Positions 47,779-57,600 of a stretch of DNA of 64,000 nucleotides are shown here, one piece after another; position 1 is the first letter of the stretch, and every line of letters begins with the position of its first letter. A program made the position numbers and the translations under genes. The notes under the pieces are model-generated. The model did not search any database. It saw only the letters and a program-made list of their open reading frames with translations, and was not told the origin of the DNA. This DNA is from an uncultured delta proteobacterium (GTDB lineage Bacteria; Desulfobacterota; Binatia; UBA9968), in contig CAVYTU010000008.1 of the NCBI GenBank assembly GCA_963771465.1, positions 64,001 through 128,000 of the forward strand. The letters are read 5' to 3'.

Positions 47779-48831
47779 TCAAATTTTGGCCACGACTCTC
47801 CCGACGACACTCCCCGCCTTCAACTCGTCCAACGTCCGGCTCACCTCCGCCAACGCGCGCGTCTCGATCGGGATCGGCTTGAGCTTGCCGTCGCGGGCAA
47901 ACGCAACGACAGCTTTCAATTCTTCCACGCTGCCGAGATGTGAACCTTGAACCGTGATCGCGCGCAGGATCGTGCTGGCGATCGATAGTTGAATCTCGCC
48001 GCCGAACAAACCGACGAGGATCAGCTTGCCGCCTTTGCGTAGCGCGCTTAGCTCTAAGGTCGCAGTTTCACTGGCGCCGACGAAATCCACCGCGCCGTAA
48101 AGTGCGCCGCTAGTTAATTGCTTGAGCCTTTGCGCCGCGTCACCGTCGCGACTGTTCAACACCGCAGCTGCACCGGCCGCTTCGGCCGCCTGCAACTTCG
48201 CCGCGTCGATATCGATCGCGATAATTTTCTCATGCCCGAATGCGCGTAGCATGCCGATCGCGGACAAGCCCAATCCGCCGGCGCCCATCACGGCGACCCA
48301 CTCATTCGCTGGAATCGGTTTCAACTTAGAAACCGCCGAGAAGGTCGACAGACCTGAGCAAGACAAGGTCGCCGCCCACACCGGATCGATGCCGCTGGCA
48401 TCGACGAGGTAGCGCGGGTGTGGCACGAGCAAATGATCGGCGTAGCCGCCGGCCCGCTGGATACCGATCATGTTGGGCGCCATGCAATAGTTATCCAATC
48501 CATCTTCGCATCGCACGCACTCACCGCAACCGATCCAGGGAAAAATCAGACGATCTGCGCCGAGGGGCGCGTCGCTCGCATCCGGTCCAGCGGCGATGAC
48601 GGTGCCGAAAGGCTCATGTCCGAGCGTCACCGGTGGATTCATGCCGCGCTCGCTCATGTTCAAACGTTTGCCGCCGCCGAGATCGAAGTAACCGTCGCGG
48701 ATATGCACGTCGCTGTGGCACACGCCGCAAAACTTAAGCCTCATCAATACTTCCGTGCCTTTCGGCACTGGCGTCTCACGCTCACGTTGTTCAAGCGGCT
48801 TGCCCCATTCGACAACGTCGTAACTCAGCAT
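47779..48831 (-). CDS. Zn-dependent alcohol dehydrogenase
   Basis: CGVCHSD, LGHE, CGECVRC...C structural Zn site, GAGGLG. Confidence 0.9.
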   Translation of the reverse strand: MLSYDVVEWGKPLEQRERETPVPKGTEVLMRLKFCGVCHSDVHIRDGYFDLGGGKRLNMSERGMNPPVTLGHEPFGTVIAAGPDASDAPLGADRLIFPWIGCGECVRCEDGLDNYCMAPNMIGIQRAGGYADHLLVPHPRYLVDASGIDPVWAATLSCSGLSTFSAVSKLKPIPANEWVAVMGAGGLGLSAIGMLRAFGHEKIIAIDIDAAKLQAAEAAGAAAVLNSRDGDAAQRLKQLTSGALYGAVDFVGASETATLELSALRKGGKLILVGLFGGEIQLSIASTILRAITVQGSHLGSVEELKAVVAFARDGKLKPIPIETRALAEVSRTLDELKAGSVVGRVVAKI

Positions 48832-48935
48832 AGAGCATTCTCAACTGGATTCGCGCCTACAAAGAAGGTCGATGAACCGGCATCGTCAAACAAATTAGTG
48901 GTTCCCGTTGCATCTCTCGATTCGGTCGAAACCGT

Positions 48936-49646
48936 TCAATCTCCCGTCGGCGAGACGCGGTATGCCTTCACGGCCTCGACCTTATTGAGCGCTTGGGTCA
49001 GTTTTGTGGCATTTTCGCCTCGAGTAGTGCGGATAATCATCTGATACTCGAAGAAATCGGCTTCGACATCGAGCCGATAGTTCAGATTCGCCACCGTGAA
49101 GCCGTAATCGGTCAACAACTGGCGCATTTCCGGCTCCGGCATGGCTTTGTCGCGCGCGAAGCGCACGACGAATTGAGCGTAGAACTGGGAAGCGATGCGG
49201 CTCTCGATCCATCTGAAAACCGACAGCGTGCCGAGGGTGAGAACAGTCGCCATCAAGGCGGGAAAGTAAAATCCGATGCCGACCAGAATACCGATCGCCG
49301 CGGTAATCCAGATCGAAGCAGCAGTGGTGAGCCCGCGGACGGACAAGCCATCCCTAATGATCGTTCCGGCGCCGAGAAAACCGATGCCGGTCATGATGCC
49401 TTGCGCCATTCGCGTCGGGTCGAGCGAAATGCGGCCTTGAGTGATGGTGGGGAACCAGCGCGTTTCGTATACCGTCACGAGCATCAACAGACTTGTCGAA
49501 AGGCATACTAGCGAATGGGTGCGAAAGCCGGCGGGCCGGCCGTGATAGCTTCGCTCGAGTCCGATGAGCCCGCCGACAACCAGCGACGCCACCAAGCGCA
49601 ACGTGATGTCGAGATAGACGCCGTCGAAAAGTTGTAATTGGCTCAT
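48936..49646 (-). CDS. MgtC/SapB family protein
   Basis: IGLERSYHGRPAGFRTH, GIGFLGAG, GLTTAASIW. Confidence 0.92.
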   Translation of the reverse strand: MSQLQLFDGVYLDITLRLVASLVVGGLIGLERSYHGRPAGFRTHSLVCLSTSLLMLVTVYETRWFPTITQGRISLDPTRMAQGIMTGIGFLGAGTIIRDGLSVRGLTTAASIWITAAIGILVGIGFYFPALMATVLTLGTLSVFRWIESRIASQFYAQFVVRFARDKAMPEPEMRQLLTDYGFTVANLNYRLDVEADFFEYQMIIRTTRGENATKLTQALNKVEAVKAYRVSPTGD

Positions 49647-49852
49647 ACCGGCTTCAGTCCCTTGGGCAAGGCGTGATTTTGCCTCTCCGCCGGAGCGATG
49701 TCCATGGTTCTCGTCAAGTGCCCAATCCTAGCCTCGCCGCCGCCGAGCGTGCGGAACAGCTAGACGAAATTCGCTCTGCCGCCTTCATGAGCGGCGTGAC
49801 TCATTCAACGAAGTCGCAACGGAGCATGATCGTTTAAATGCTTTTGCGACGC

Positions 49853-50311
49853 TCACCGAATCACACTTTGCTGCCGGAGCAGCAGGCGCAGAATCTCCAC
49901 CCGTTTGCGATTGACACCAAAATCACCGTGGCCAAGGCGCGCCGCCGAGCGCACCGCGATGGTGTTTTGCGCCGGACGTAGATGCAATTCCAGATCGTCG
50001 ATAAAACCGAAGACGGCGCTGCTGCACTCGGCGTGAAGGTAATCTTCAGTCACAGTAATGATCTTAGTTCGCGGCAGACTTTCAAGCGCGGCGCGCAGCG
50101 CGCGCCAGCCATCCGCCGGCGGCGCGACAAGCTGGAAGGCGGCAATCGCATGAGCAGAATCTGTGGCATCGCTCGACACACAATTCGGCGTTGACGGACA
50201 GGGCGCCAACCGGCCGTCTTTAATTCCCATATTGGCGGGTCGGGTGCCGGAACAAGAAAACAACGACATGGCGATGAAACCCGCGGCGACAATTCGGACC
50301 ACGTAAAGCAA
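49853..50311 (-). CDS. DUF1499 family lipoprotein
   Basis: LAPCPSTPNCVSS, FGFIDDLE, RSAARLGHGDFGVNRKRVE. Confidence 0.88.
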   Translation of the reverse strand: MLYVVRIVAAGFIAMSLFSCSGTRPANMGIKDGRLAPCPSTPNCVSSDATDSAHAIAAFQLVAPPADGWRALRAALESLPRTKIITVTEDYLHAECSSAVFGFIDDLELHLRPAQNTIAVRSAARLGHGDFGVNRKRVEILRLLLRQQSVIR

Positions 50312-50338
50312 GATCAGCGGTAATGGCTCGAAGTCGAG

Positions 50339-50689
50339 CTATTCCTTTTTCTGTTCGGCTTGTTGGTCGAAAAATTTAAGCGCCATGGAGCCGTGCGTTG
50401 CTGCCGCGCCTGCGCGTAAGGCGGCGGCGATGAGCGATGCTTCGACAACTTCCTCGCGCGTCGCTCCGGCGTTGTGGGCCGCTTTAGCGTGCGCTTCCAT
50501 ACAATACGGACACTGCGTCGTCACCGACACGGCGATGGCGATCAGCTCACGATATTTCTTTGGAATCGCGCCGTTCTCTCGGCCGATGATGTTATTCAAT
50601 CCAAGCCAGGCATTGAAGTCGTCGGGCGCCAGCTTGCGCATGTCGCGCATCAACTTCAAATCGTTTTCATCATGGTAGTGATCTGACAT
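50339..50689 (-). CDS. Carboxymuconolactone decarboxylase/AhpD-like protein
   Basis: KYRELIAIAVSVTTQCPYCMEAH; AGGAGG RBS. Confidence 0.9.
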   Translation of the reverse strand: MSDHYHDENDLKLMRDMRKLAPDDFNAWLGLNNIIGRENGAIPKKYRELIAIAVSVTTQCPYCMEAHAKAAHNAGATREEVVEASLIAAALRAGAAATHGSMALKFFDQQAEQKKE

Positions 50690-50787
50690 CGAAACAGCCT
50701 CCTGAAAGTCGCCGCATTATTCCTGTATTTACAATGCGAAAGCAATCGCGTTGACAGCTTTGCTTGGCTTACGTTACTGCTTAACGA

Positions 50788-51900
50788 ATGCATGATCACT
50801 CGAGCACTCAGTTTGCGGCGCAATGCAGTATATGCGGCACGATGCTTTCCGGCGCCTCGAGCGTGGTCTTTCGAATCTTTGGCATCCGCCGCAGCCCGCG
50901 CAATCCGAACATCTGCACCCGCTGCAGCACCCACGTCGAGGAAGGCCGGATGGTGGAAATCACCGTGCTCTTCGCCGACCTCTCATCATTCACAGAAATG
51001 ACGCAGGAACTGGGCGCAGAAAAAACCCACCAAGTGGTCGATGCCTTTTTGCGCATGGCCACCGACGTGTTGGTCAAGCATGGCGCGTTCATCGATAAAT
51101 ACGTCGGCGACGCGGTCATGGCGCTATTCAACGTACCGATTCGCTATGAAGATCACGCGCTACGCGCCGCCGAGGCGGCCAAGGAGCTGGCCTTGGCGCT
51201 AACGACACTCGGCGCACACTTTAGCCTTTCGCTAGAGGTTTCCACCGGCATCGCCACTGGCTTTGCCCACGTCGGCCGTCTTGGCTCCGATGACTCCAAA
51301 GACTACACGGCGATCGGCGACGTGGTAAATCTCGCGGCTCGCCTGCAAAGCAAAGCCGGCGCCGGCGAAGTGCTCATCAGCGAAGAAAGTTATCGAAAAC
51401 ATCCAGGTGATTTTCCCGGAGCGATATCCGAACAGGTGACACTCAAAGGTTTTCGCCAGCCGATAAATGCGTACCGGTTGAACAACCGCATTGCGGCTCG
51501 ATTGGTCAGCGACCCACCGGACTCGCTCGCCCAACACAGAACCAGCATCGGCGCCATTGTCTTCGGCATTCTCGGCGCACCTTGCGCGGTGGTCACGTTG
51601 ATCGGGCCGTTGGCGGTGGCTGTGGGTGCAGGCGGAGTTTTCGGCCTTGCGGGCGTGCTCACTTTCCTCGACCAAAGCGTCCTGCGCGTGCCGATTCTAA
51701 TCCTTACTAGCTTCGCCGCAATGGCAAACCTCTACACGCTCTGGCATGCGCGCAAACTGAGACTCGAAGCGAAGATTGCCGCGCCCATAAAAACCATGAC
51801 GACGTTGGAAAAACGGCGCACGACTTTCGTCCTCGCCGCCTCGCTGATAACGCTCGGCATCGTCGCTTTCGAAGTAGTCGCGCATTTCCTGTTGCACTGA
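50788..51900 (+). CDS. Class III adenylate cyclase with N-terminal Cys4 ribbon and C-terminal MerT-like membrane domain
   Basis: FADLSSFT, DKYVGDAVMALF, YTAIGDVVNLAARL; CSIC...CTRC; three C-terminal hydrophobic helices. Confidence 0.85.
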   Translation: MHDHSSTQFAAQCSICGTMLSGASSVVFRIFGIRRSPRNPNICTRCSTHVEEGRMVEITVLFADLSSFTEMTQELGAEKTHQVVDAFLRMATDVLVKHGAFIDKYVGDAVMALFNVPIRYEDHALRAAEAAKELALALTTLGAHFSLSLEVSTGIATGFAHVGRLGSDDSKDYTAIGDVVNLAARLQSKAGAGEVLISEESYRKHPGDFPGAISEQVTLKGFRQPINAYRLNNRIAARLVSDPPDSLAQHRTSIGAIVFGILGAPCAVVTLIGPLAVAVGAGGVFGLAGVLTFLDQSVLRVPILILTSFAAMANLYTLWHARKLRLEAKIAAPIKTMTTLEKRRTTFVLAASLITLGIVAFEVVAHFLLH

Positions 51901-52007
51901 AATAGCGGTAAAGAATTCGGCTCGCCGAATACCACAGCGAAACGATCTAAAACAAATTTTGACCCGTGGCTAGAGAATAAGAAAAATTGAACGAATGGCC
52001 GGCGACG

Positions 52008-52301
52008 TTAGCTTTCTTCGCGCCGCAGCCGTCCGTCAATCACGAATGGGCCGAAGGGCAACAGCGCCGCGACAAAAATTAGCGCAGTCCGGCGCATCGG
52101 CCAGCGCCGTTCTCCATGGGCGACCAATAGAAACATGCAAAACGCGATGAAGAGCAGGCCATGAATCCAACCGGCAATCTTCACCGCCAGCGGTAAACCG
52201 GCAAAATATTTTAGCGGCATGGCCACGCCGAGAAGAAAGAGAAACGAAACCGCCTCGACCATTCCCGCCGCGCGCAGCCGCCCTATTGTCGTCGTCAGCA
52301 T
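52008..52301 (-). CDS. DUF3817 membrane protein
   Basis: EAVSFLFLLGVAMPLKY, GWIHGLLF, LLPFGPF. Confidence 0.85.
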   Translation of the reverse strand: MLTTTIGRLRAAGMVEAVSFLFLLGVAMPLKYFAGLPLAVKIAGWIHGLLFIAFCMFLLVAHGERRWPMRRTALIFVAALLPFGPFVIDGRLRREES

Positions 52302-52319
52302 TGATTTACGCCGGCGGCC

Positions 52320-52724
52320 CTAATTCTCGCACGGCAAATCCGCCTCGTTGGTCTCAACGAAACTCACCCGGCTGCTCCAATGTCCATGCACCGCGGGTTT
52401 TCCCGGAGGGACGTCATCGAGCGTACCCGCCGGCACGATCGCGCGTGCGCCATCGCGCGACGCATGCGGGATCGGACAATTGCAGTTGCTGCAAATCTGC
52501 CGGGCGAAACTTTTTGCTTCCGGCAGATCGTAACGCTTGATTAGATTCTCGCCCTGGGTCCAGTGAAACTGCGCGATTGGAACGGCAATGTTGGTCGCAC
52601 GCACGCCGCCGGTCGCCTTGCGGCAACGCGAGCAGTAGCAGTGGCCAAAGCGCATGAACGGCGTGGTCACTTCATAACGCACCGATTTGCACAAACAACT
52701 TCCTTTTAACGTCTGCTCCGCCAT
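52320..52724 (-). CDS. GFA (glutathione-dependent formaldehyde-activating) family protein
   Basis: GSCLC, HCYCSRCRK, CSNC Zn motifs. Confidence 0.88.
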   Translation of the reverse strand: MAEQTLKGSCLCKSVRYEVTTPFMRFGHCYCSRCRKATGGVRATNIAVPIAQFHWTQGENLIKRYDLPEAKSFARQICSNCNCPIPHASRDGARAIVPAGTLDDVPPGKPAVHGHWSSRVSFVETNEADLPCEN

Positions 52725-52914
52725 CGACTTTACCTCCGTTCTTGAAATAAATCGGCTCGCGGTCGAGTTTTCGGATCGAACGTAGCTTTACTCGCAGCGG
52801 AGTTTATTGTGATTCGGCAAGCTTGGCAAGATCAGATGATCGACACGTTTAGGGCGCAGCGCTGAAGCGAACCGAGATTCGAACAGAGTCATGAGGTTTG
52901 TGTTGTATCGACTT

Positions 52915-53370
52915 TCAATCGCGATTGTCGGGACGATTTTTAGCAGCTGCCTGTTCCAGTTCGGTCAGACGGCGCCGCAGTTCGCGCTCTTCCTGCCATC
53001 GTTGGGTCTCGTCGCGCACGATCGCGACGATCGAATCGACGCGGCCCGCGGAACTGAGAAGCGCTACCGTGAAAGCGATGGACAATGGCCGACCATCTTT
53101 ATGCAAGGCCGGCACGCGTAGAACGTCGGCGCCGTATTTGCTTCGGCCCGACTTTGCGACTTCACGAAAACCTTGCCAATGGCGCTCGCGAAAGCGCTCG
53201 GGAATGATCAGATCCAGCGACTTCCCAAGCACTTCATCGCCGGAATAACCGAATATTCGCTCCGCTGCCAGGTTCCACAACGTGATCTTACCGTCCGTGC
53301 CGACCGCGATGACCGCATCCCCGGCAACTTGGACAAATCTTTCGAAATCAATGGCGCTGAACATATTCAT
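52915..53370 (-). CDS. Stand-alone PAS domain protein with a coiled-coil tail
   Basis: WNLAAERIFGYS..EVLGKSLDLIIP, HKDG, AIVRD. Confidence 0.85.
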   Translation of the reverse strand: MNMFSAIDFERFVQVAGDAVIAVGTDGKITLWNLAAERIFGYSGDEVLGKSLDLIIPERFRERHWQGFREVAKSGRSKYGADVLRVPALHKDGRPLSIAFTVALLSSAGRVDSIVAIVRDETQRWQEERELRRRLTELEQAAAKNRPDNRD

Positions 53371-53616
53371 ATTTTCTTTCTCGAGTGCGCACGGTAAGCG
53401 AAATCCCAACGATCGTTATTGTCATGGCCGTATCATCGAATTCATCGCATTTTATGGCCGGGCGCCGACGTTAGCAAGAATCTCTACCGTTTCAATTTCA
53501 TGTTGATTGTTTCCTATAGATGATAGTAGCTTTTATCCTTCAACGAACGAATTTATCCGACAATCTTTTTCGCCCCACGAGAATGCAACTTTTTGCTTTG
53601 TTTAAGGGTTTTCATG

Positions 53617-53631
53617 TGGCACGCCCTTTGC
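53617..53631 (+). promoter_or_regulatory. Putative sigma-54 promoter
   Basis: TGGCACG-CCCT-TTGC, a consensus match about 65 nt upstream of the 53695 ORF, preceded by an AT-rich tract. Confidence 0.65.
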
Positions 53632-53694
53632 CATATTACTCATTAGTACGATTTACGATTGGTAATTTAGACTGAGCGGAACAAAAAGGAGGAA

Positions 53695-54051
53695 TTGCTT
53701 ATGCTATCGATTTTATTAGCCGTCATTTTCGGATTAGGGGTCGGTTATTTTGCCACCGAAAATACCACGCCGATCGCGCTTCGATTTGGTGATTTCGTCG
53801 TCGAAAACGTTCCTTTGTATTTGGTTGCGGTTGGATCGATGCTCGCTGGTCTGGTCATCGCGTGGATTTTTTATCTGACCCGTCACGTTGCCGGGTCGAT
53901 GACGATGGCCGGCAAAGCCCGCGATACTAGCACGATCGAACGGAACATGGCCGATCTGAACTACCGAGTGCGTGAGCTCGAAGCCGGATATGCTAACCCA
54001 AAACTGGAACCAAGGCTGGAACGCCCCTCGGATTCGAGACTGGCAAGTTGA
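53695..54051 (+). CDS. LapA/DUF1049-like membrane protein
   Basis: AGGAGG RBS; FATENTTPI, VPLYLV..GSMLAG, coiled-coil tail. Confidence 0.7.
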   Translation: MLMLSILLAVIFGLGVGYFATENTTPIALRFGDFVVENVPLYLVAVGSMLAGLVIAWIFYLTRHVAGSMTMAGKARDTSTIERNMADLNYRVRELEAGYANPKLEPRLERPSDSRLAS

Positions 54052-54076
54052 AAGCTCGTGAACAAATAACAGGTCC

Positions 54077-54111
54077 TCTGACTCCGCGGCGCCACGTGTC
54101 GCGGAGTCAGA
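54077..54111. terminator. Strong hairpin between convergent genes (possible terminator)
   Basis: TCTGACTCCGCG / CGCGGAGTCAGA perfect 12-bp stem; no clear U-tract. Confidence 0.35.
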
Positions 54112-54296
54112 AAAACCAATGGGGGACGGCGGCAAATTATCCGTTAACACGCCGCTGTGCTGTGCGTTTTTCGAGTTCATACCTCCTGCGACACCCACGA
54201 GGCACTTCCGCTGATACGACAGGCGCAGCTCTGATGTACGTACGAATGTAAGCGTTTTGCTTCCACTAGCGTGAAAGATACAGACACAGACAGCAA

Positions 54297-55031
54297 TCAC
54301 CCAACCGGTTGTTGCGCTATAGCGGCCGTAAGCTCTTTTTCGTTTGTCAGATCGATACTGAGGGGCGTCATTGAAACGTAACCCTGCTCGATAGCCCAAC
54401 GGTCGGTGCCCTTTTCGGTCCCCTCGATCGGGACCACGCTGAACCAAAAATGTTTGCGACCCATCGGATCCTGGCCGGGAAAAACCTTACCGTCATAGTG
54501 TCGCACTGACTGGCGCGTCCAACGGATCCCTTTCGGCACTTGCTCGGGAAAGTTGACGTTGACCAGCGCCAATGGCGGGTCTTTGAAAAGTGTCTGCAGA
54601 ACCTTCTCCACCGAAGGTTTTAGAATTTCGAAATCCGGTTCCTCCTGGGTTGCCGGCATGCTCAAAGCTATGCCGCGCAAACCCAGCAGGGTCGCTTGTT
54701 TTGCCGCTGCGACCGTTCCTGAGTGCCAAATGGCATTTCCTAAATTGCCGCCCAAATTAATGCCGGAGAGCACCACGTCGACGTTTTCCCAATTGTGAAC
54801 GCCGAGCACAACGCAATCCGCCGGCGTGCCGTTCACGCGAAAGGCTTCGAAGTCTTTGATCGGCGTACGCTTGTAGGTCAGCGGGCGCCATCCCGTGATG
54901 GAATGTCCCGCCGAGGACTGCTCGACATCGGGCGCGACAATGCGTACCACGCCAAATCTCGCCGCCACTTCGGCAAGCGCTAAAATTCCCGGGCTGTAGA
55001 TACCGTCGTCGTTGGCTATTAGAATGTGCAT
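54297..55031 (-). CDS. surE: 5'/3'-nucleotidase SurE
   Basis: ILIANDDGI, GTPADCV, SGINLGGN, SGTVAAA. Confidence 0.93.
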   Translation of the reverse strand: MHILIANDDGIYSPGILALAEVAARFGVVRIVAPDVEQSSAGHSITGWRPLTYKRTPIKDFEAFRVNGTPADCVVLGVHNWENVDVVLSGINLGGNLGNAIWHSGTVAAAKQATLLGLRGIALSMPATQEEPDFEILKPSVEKVLQTLFKDPPLALVNVNFPEQVPKGIRWTRQSVRHYDGKVFPGQDPMGRKHFWFSVVPIEGTEKGTDRWAIEQGYVSMTPLSIDLTNEKELTAAIAQQPVG

Positions 55032-55130
55032 TAGGACATCGCCTCCTCCAGCAAAAGGTTGGTGATGATGGCTTCAAGCGGACATATAACCAGTATTTCA
55101 CATTTAATCACTCAATCTACCCGTGAAAAC

Positions 55131-56048
55131 ATGAAAATTATCCTCATTCACAATCCAGACGCGGGCGGCGACAACCAGCCCACCGGCGACCAGATTTTGC
55201 ATCTCATTCGCCGCGCCGGCCACTCGGCAACTTGTCAGACGTCGACAGCGCTCGACTGGGAGAAAGCGCTCGATGAATCGGCTGATATTATCGCGGTGTC
55301 CGGTGGCGACGGAACTGTCGGCAAAGTCGCCAAGCGCATGATCGGCAAACCGACTCCGCTCGCGGTTTTGCCCATGGGGACGGCCAATAATATTGCCACA
55401 GCGCTCGGCTTGGCGAAGCGGCCGCTCGATCAATTGGTCGCAGGATGGGATAGCGCGCGCCGCATGAAATTTGACGTCGGCGCCGCAAGCGGTCCGTGGG
55501 GTTCGAGATACTTCGTCGAAGGGTTGGGTTTGGGACTTTTCACCGAGACTATGATGCGGCTCGACGCGCGGAAAAACGTCGACATCGCGCACCATAAAGT
55601 CACGGAAAAGAAACTCACGTCCGTGTTGGAGTTCATGCACATTCGCCTGGACGGCTGCGTCCCGATGCCGTTGAAGCTGAAGCTCGACGAGCGAGACTTA
55701 TCCGGTGAATATGTTTTGGTCGAAGCGATGAATATTCGCTCCATCGGGCCGAATCTCTGTCTCGCGTCCGATGCGGACCCCAGCGACGGTTTGCTCGACG
55801 TGGTCTTAGTCTCCAATGACGAGCGAGAACGGCTGAAGCGATATTTATCAGACCGCCTCGAAGGCAAGGCCGAATGTGCAGCACTTAACGTTCAAAAGGG
55901 CCGTCACTTGCACATCGAATGCGAACATTTTCCGATCCATATAGACGACGACGTACAGAAGAAAAGCGGTCCGCCCACTCACTTCTCTTCAGCCGTCGTC
56001 GATGTCACGCTCGAAGCCGCAGCGTTAGAATTCCTCACACCGGCTTGA
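55131..56048 (+). CDS. Diacylglycerol kinase family lipid kinase
   Basis: HNPDAG, GGDGTV, LPMGTANNIA, DGLLDV. Confidence 0.88.
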   Translation: MKIILIHNPDAGGDNQPTGDQILHLIRRAGHSATCQTSTALDWEKALDESADIIAVSGGDGTVGKVAKRMIGKPTPLAVLPMGTANNIATALGLAKRPLDQLVAGWDSARRMKFDVGAASGPWGSRYFVEGLGLGLFTETMMRLDARKNVDIAHHKVTEKKLTSVLEFMHIRLDGCVPMPLKLKLDERDLSGEYVLVEAMNIRSIGPNLCLASDADPSDGLLDVVLVSNDERERLKRYLSDRLEGKAECAALNVQKGRHLHIECEHFPIHIDDDVQKKSGPPTHFSSAVVDVTLEAAALEFLTPA

Positions 56049-56151
56049 AATGGGATCCCGGCGCGGCGGCGCGAGATGTCGGCAGGCGACCGCGGATAGT
56101 TTTAAATCATGCAATCGTGGAGATACCCCACTTAACCGAGTTCAATCGTTG

Positions 56152-56559
56152 TCAGCAGGATTGTTTGTTACCCACCAGATAGACCCGCCACGGCGTCCAG
56201 TAGTACCGTTCCCAACCATGACTAACGCCCGCGAAGTCTTCGTCGGCGACGTTGATGTGAACGAGCTCGATACGCCCGCCATCTTCCGCCGGCCAGAAAG
56301 AAAGCGTCAAAACCGAGTCCATCGCCGTAAGCGGCCAGTTCGCCGAACGCCAGGTTTGCACGATCAACCGCTTCGGCTCGACGTGAAGAATCTTGCCGGA
56401 AAGCCTGCCATCGAAGGCCTGAAACCTTCCGCCGGCGTGTGGCTCGATGGTCACGGGCAACCCGGTAAACGCCGCGTGCGTCGCCGCATCGAGATACATG
56501 TCGAAGAGCTTTTCCGGCGACGCGGGTAGCGACGCGGCTATGATTATATTGCGTGGCAT
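56152..56559 (-). CDS. SRPBCC/AHSA1 domain protein
   Basis: GGRFQAFDG, LIVQTWRSANW, GWERYYW. Confidence 0.85.
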   Translation of the reverse strand: MPRNIIIAASLPASPEKLFDMYLDAATHAAFTGLPVTIEPHAGGRFQAFDGRLSGKILHVEPKRLIVQTWRSANWPLTAMDSVLTLSFWPAEDGGRIELVHINVADEDFAGVSHGWERYYWTPWRVYLVGNKQSC

Positions 56560-56596
56560 AGCTCAATGCTCCTTTTAAATGCTCATGACCGGCGCT

Positions 56597-57052
56597 CTAC
56601 TTGACCTCTATGGAAACTTCGATAGTCGGGCCTCTGACGACAAACTTGGACTTCTCCCATTTCGGCGGTCCCAAAGCTACTCTCATATTATTTGAAAACC
56701 CGTATGCCTCTTGCGGTATCCCCAAGAAATTTTTATCCATCTTGCCGTTTTTGTTTTCGTCATGAAGTACCGCAATGCCATAATCTCCGTACGGAACGTC
56801 GTTAATTTTCCATACGACGGCCTGACCCTCGACATCGATCGTTGATTTATAGACCGGATGATCGCCAAGCCAAGTCTCGGACGAATTGAATACGGCGATT
56901 TTCACCTGACCTTTTTCAGAGTGAAGTCCAGTGATTTTTACAATCACCGTAGCTCGCCCACTCGGTTGCGCGAAAACTCGCGGAGAAAAACCGAGGCCGA
57001 CGGAAAGTAGTAAAATAATGTACGTAAATGTTTTTCTAGTTTTCGGGGACAT
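56597..57052 (-). CDS. DUF2141 family secreted protein
   Basis: YGIAVLHDENKNGKMDKNFLGIPQEAYGFSNN. Confidence 0.88.
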   Translation of the reverse strand: MSPKTRKTFTYIILLLSVGLGFSPRVFAQPSGRATVIVKITGLHSEKGQVKIAVFNSSETWLGDHPVYKSTIDVEGQAVVWKINDVPYGDYGIAVLHDENKNGKMDKNFLGIPQEAYGFSNNMRVALGPPKWEKSKFVVRGPTIEVSIEVK

Positions 57053-57243
57053 AGTGCTAAATTCGTCGGCAACGTCAGCTTGGAATTTTGAATGGTATGC
57101 GGTCTCGTTCCTGAGCAACTCCGAAAATATTCGCTTGGCAATTTCGTGACCCTTGCTCAACTTTCGATCAGATTCTATGGCTAGTCGCTAAATGGCGCAA
57201 CAAGCGTTGCGTTCCCGCGGCGTGCCCCGAACGTCGCCTCTGG

Positions 57244-57600
57244 ATGCCGCTCGGCTTGCGCTCGCTGGCAGCCGATGAGACGAGTTACGTCGCGCGCTTT
57301 CAAGTCGGCGGGCATGAGCGCGACGGCGCTTATCATCAAGGCATCGTCTGGCCGTGGCTCATCGGTCCTTTCGTCGAAGCCTGGCTACGCGTCAATGGCG
57401 ACAACGCAGCGACCCGGCGAAGCGGACATGCGCGATTCGTCGCGCCACTCTTGGAACATTTGCAGCACGCCGGTCTTGGCCACGTCTCTGAGATCACCGA
57501 TGCCGAGGCGCCGCACACACCGCCGGGCTGCCCATTTCAGGCTTGGTCGCTGCGAAATTGCTGCGTCTCGACCGTATCGTGCTGGCTGAACATGAAACAG
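57244..57600 (+). pseudogene. C-terminal remnant of amylo-alpha-1,6-glucosidase (glycogen debranching enzyme)
   Basis: PLGLRSL, AYHQGIVWPWLIGPF, GHVSEITDAEAPH..GCPFQAWS; no N-terminal domains; frameshift before LLRLDRIVL. Confidence 0.8.

Noticed and set aside
53734-54447. Minus-strand ORF with AGGAGG near 54185
   Set aside because: RBS-to-ATG spacing is only 1 nt and the frame overlaps the LapA-like gene and surE; not supported.
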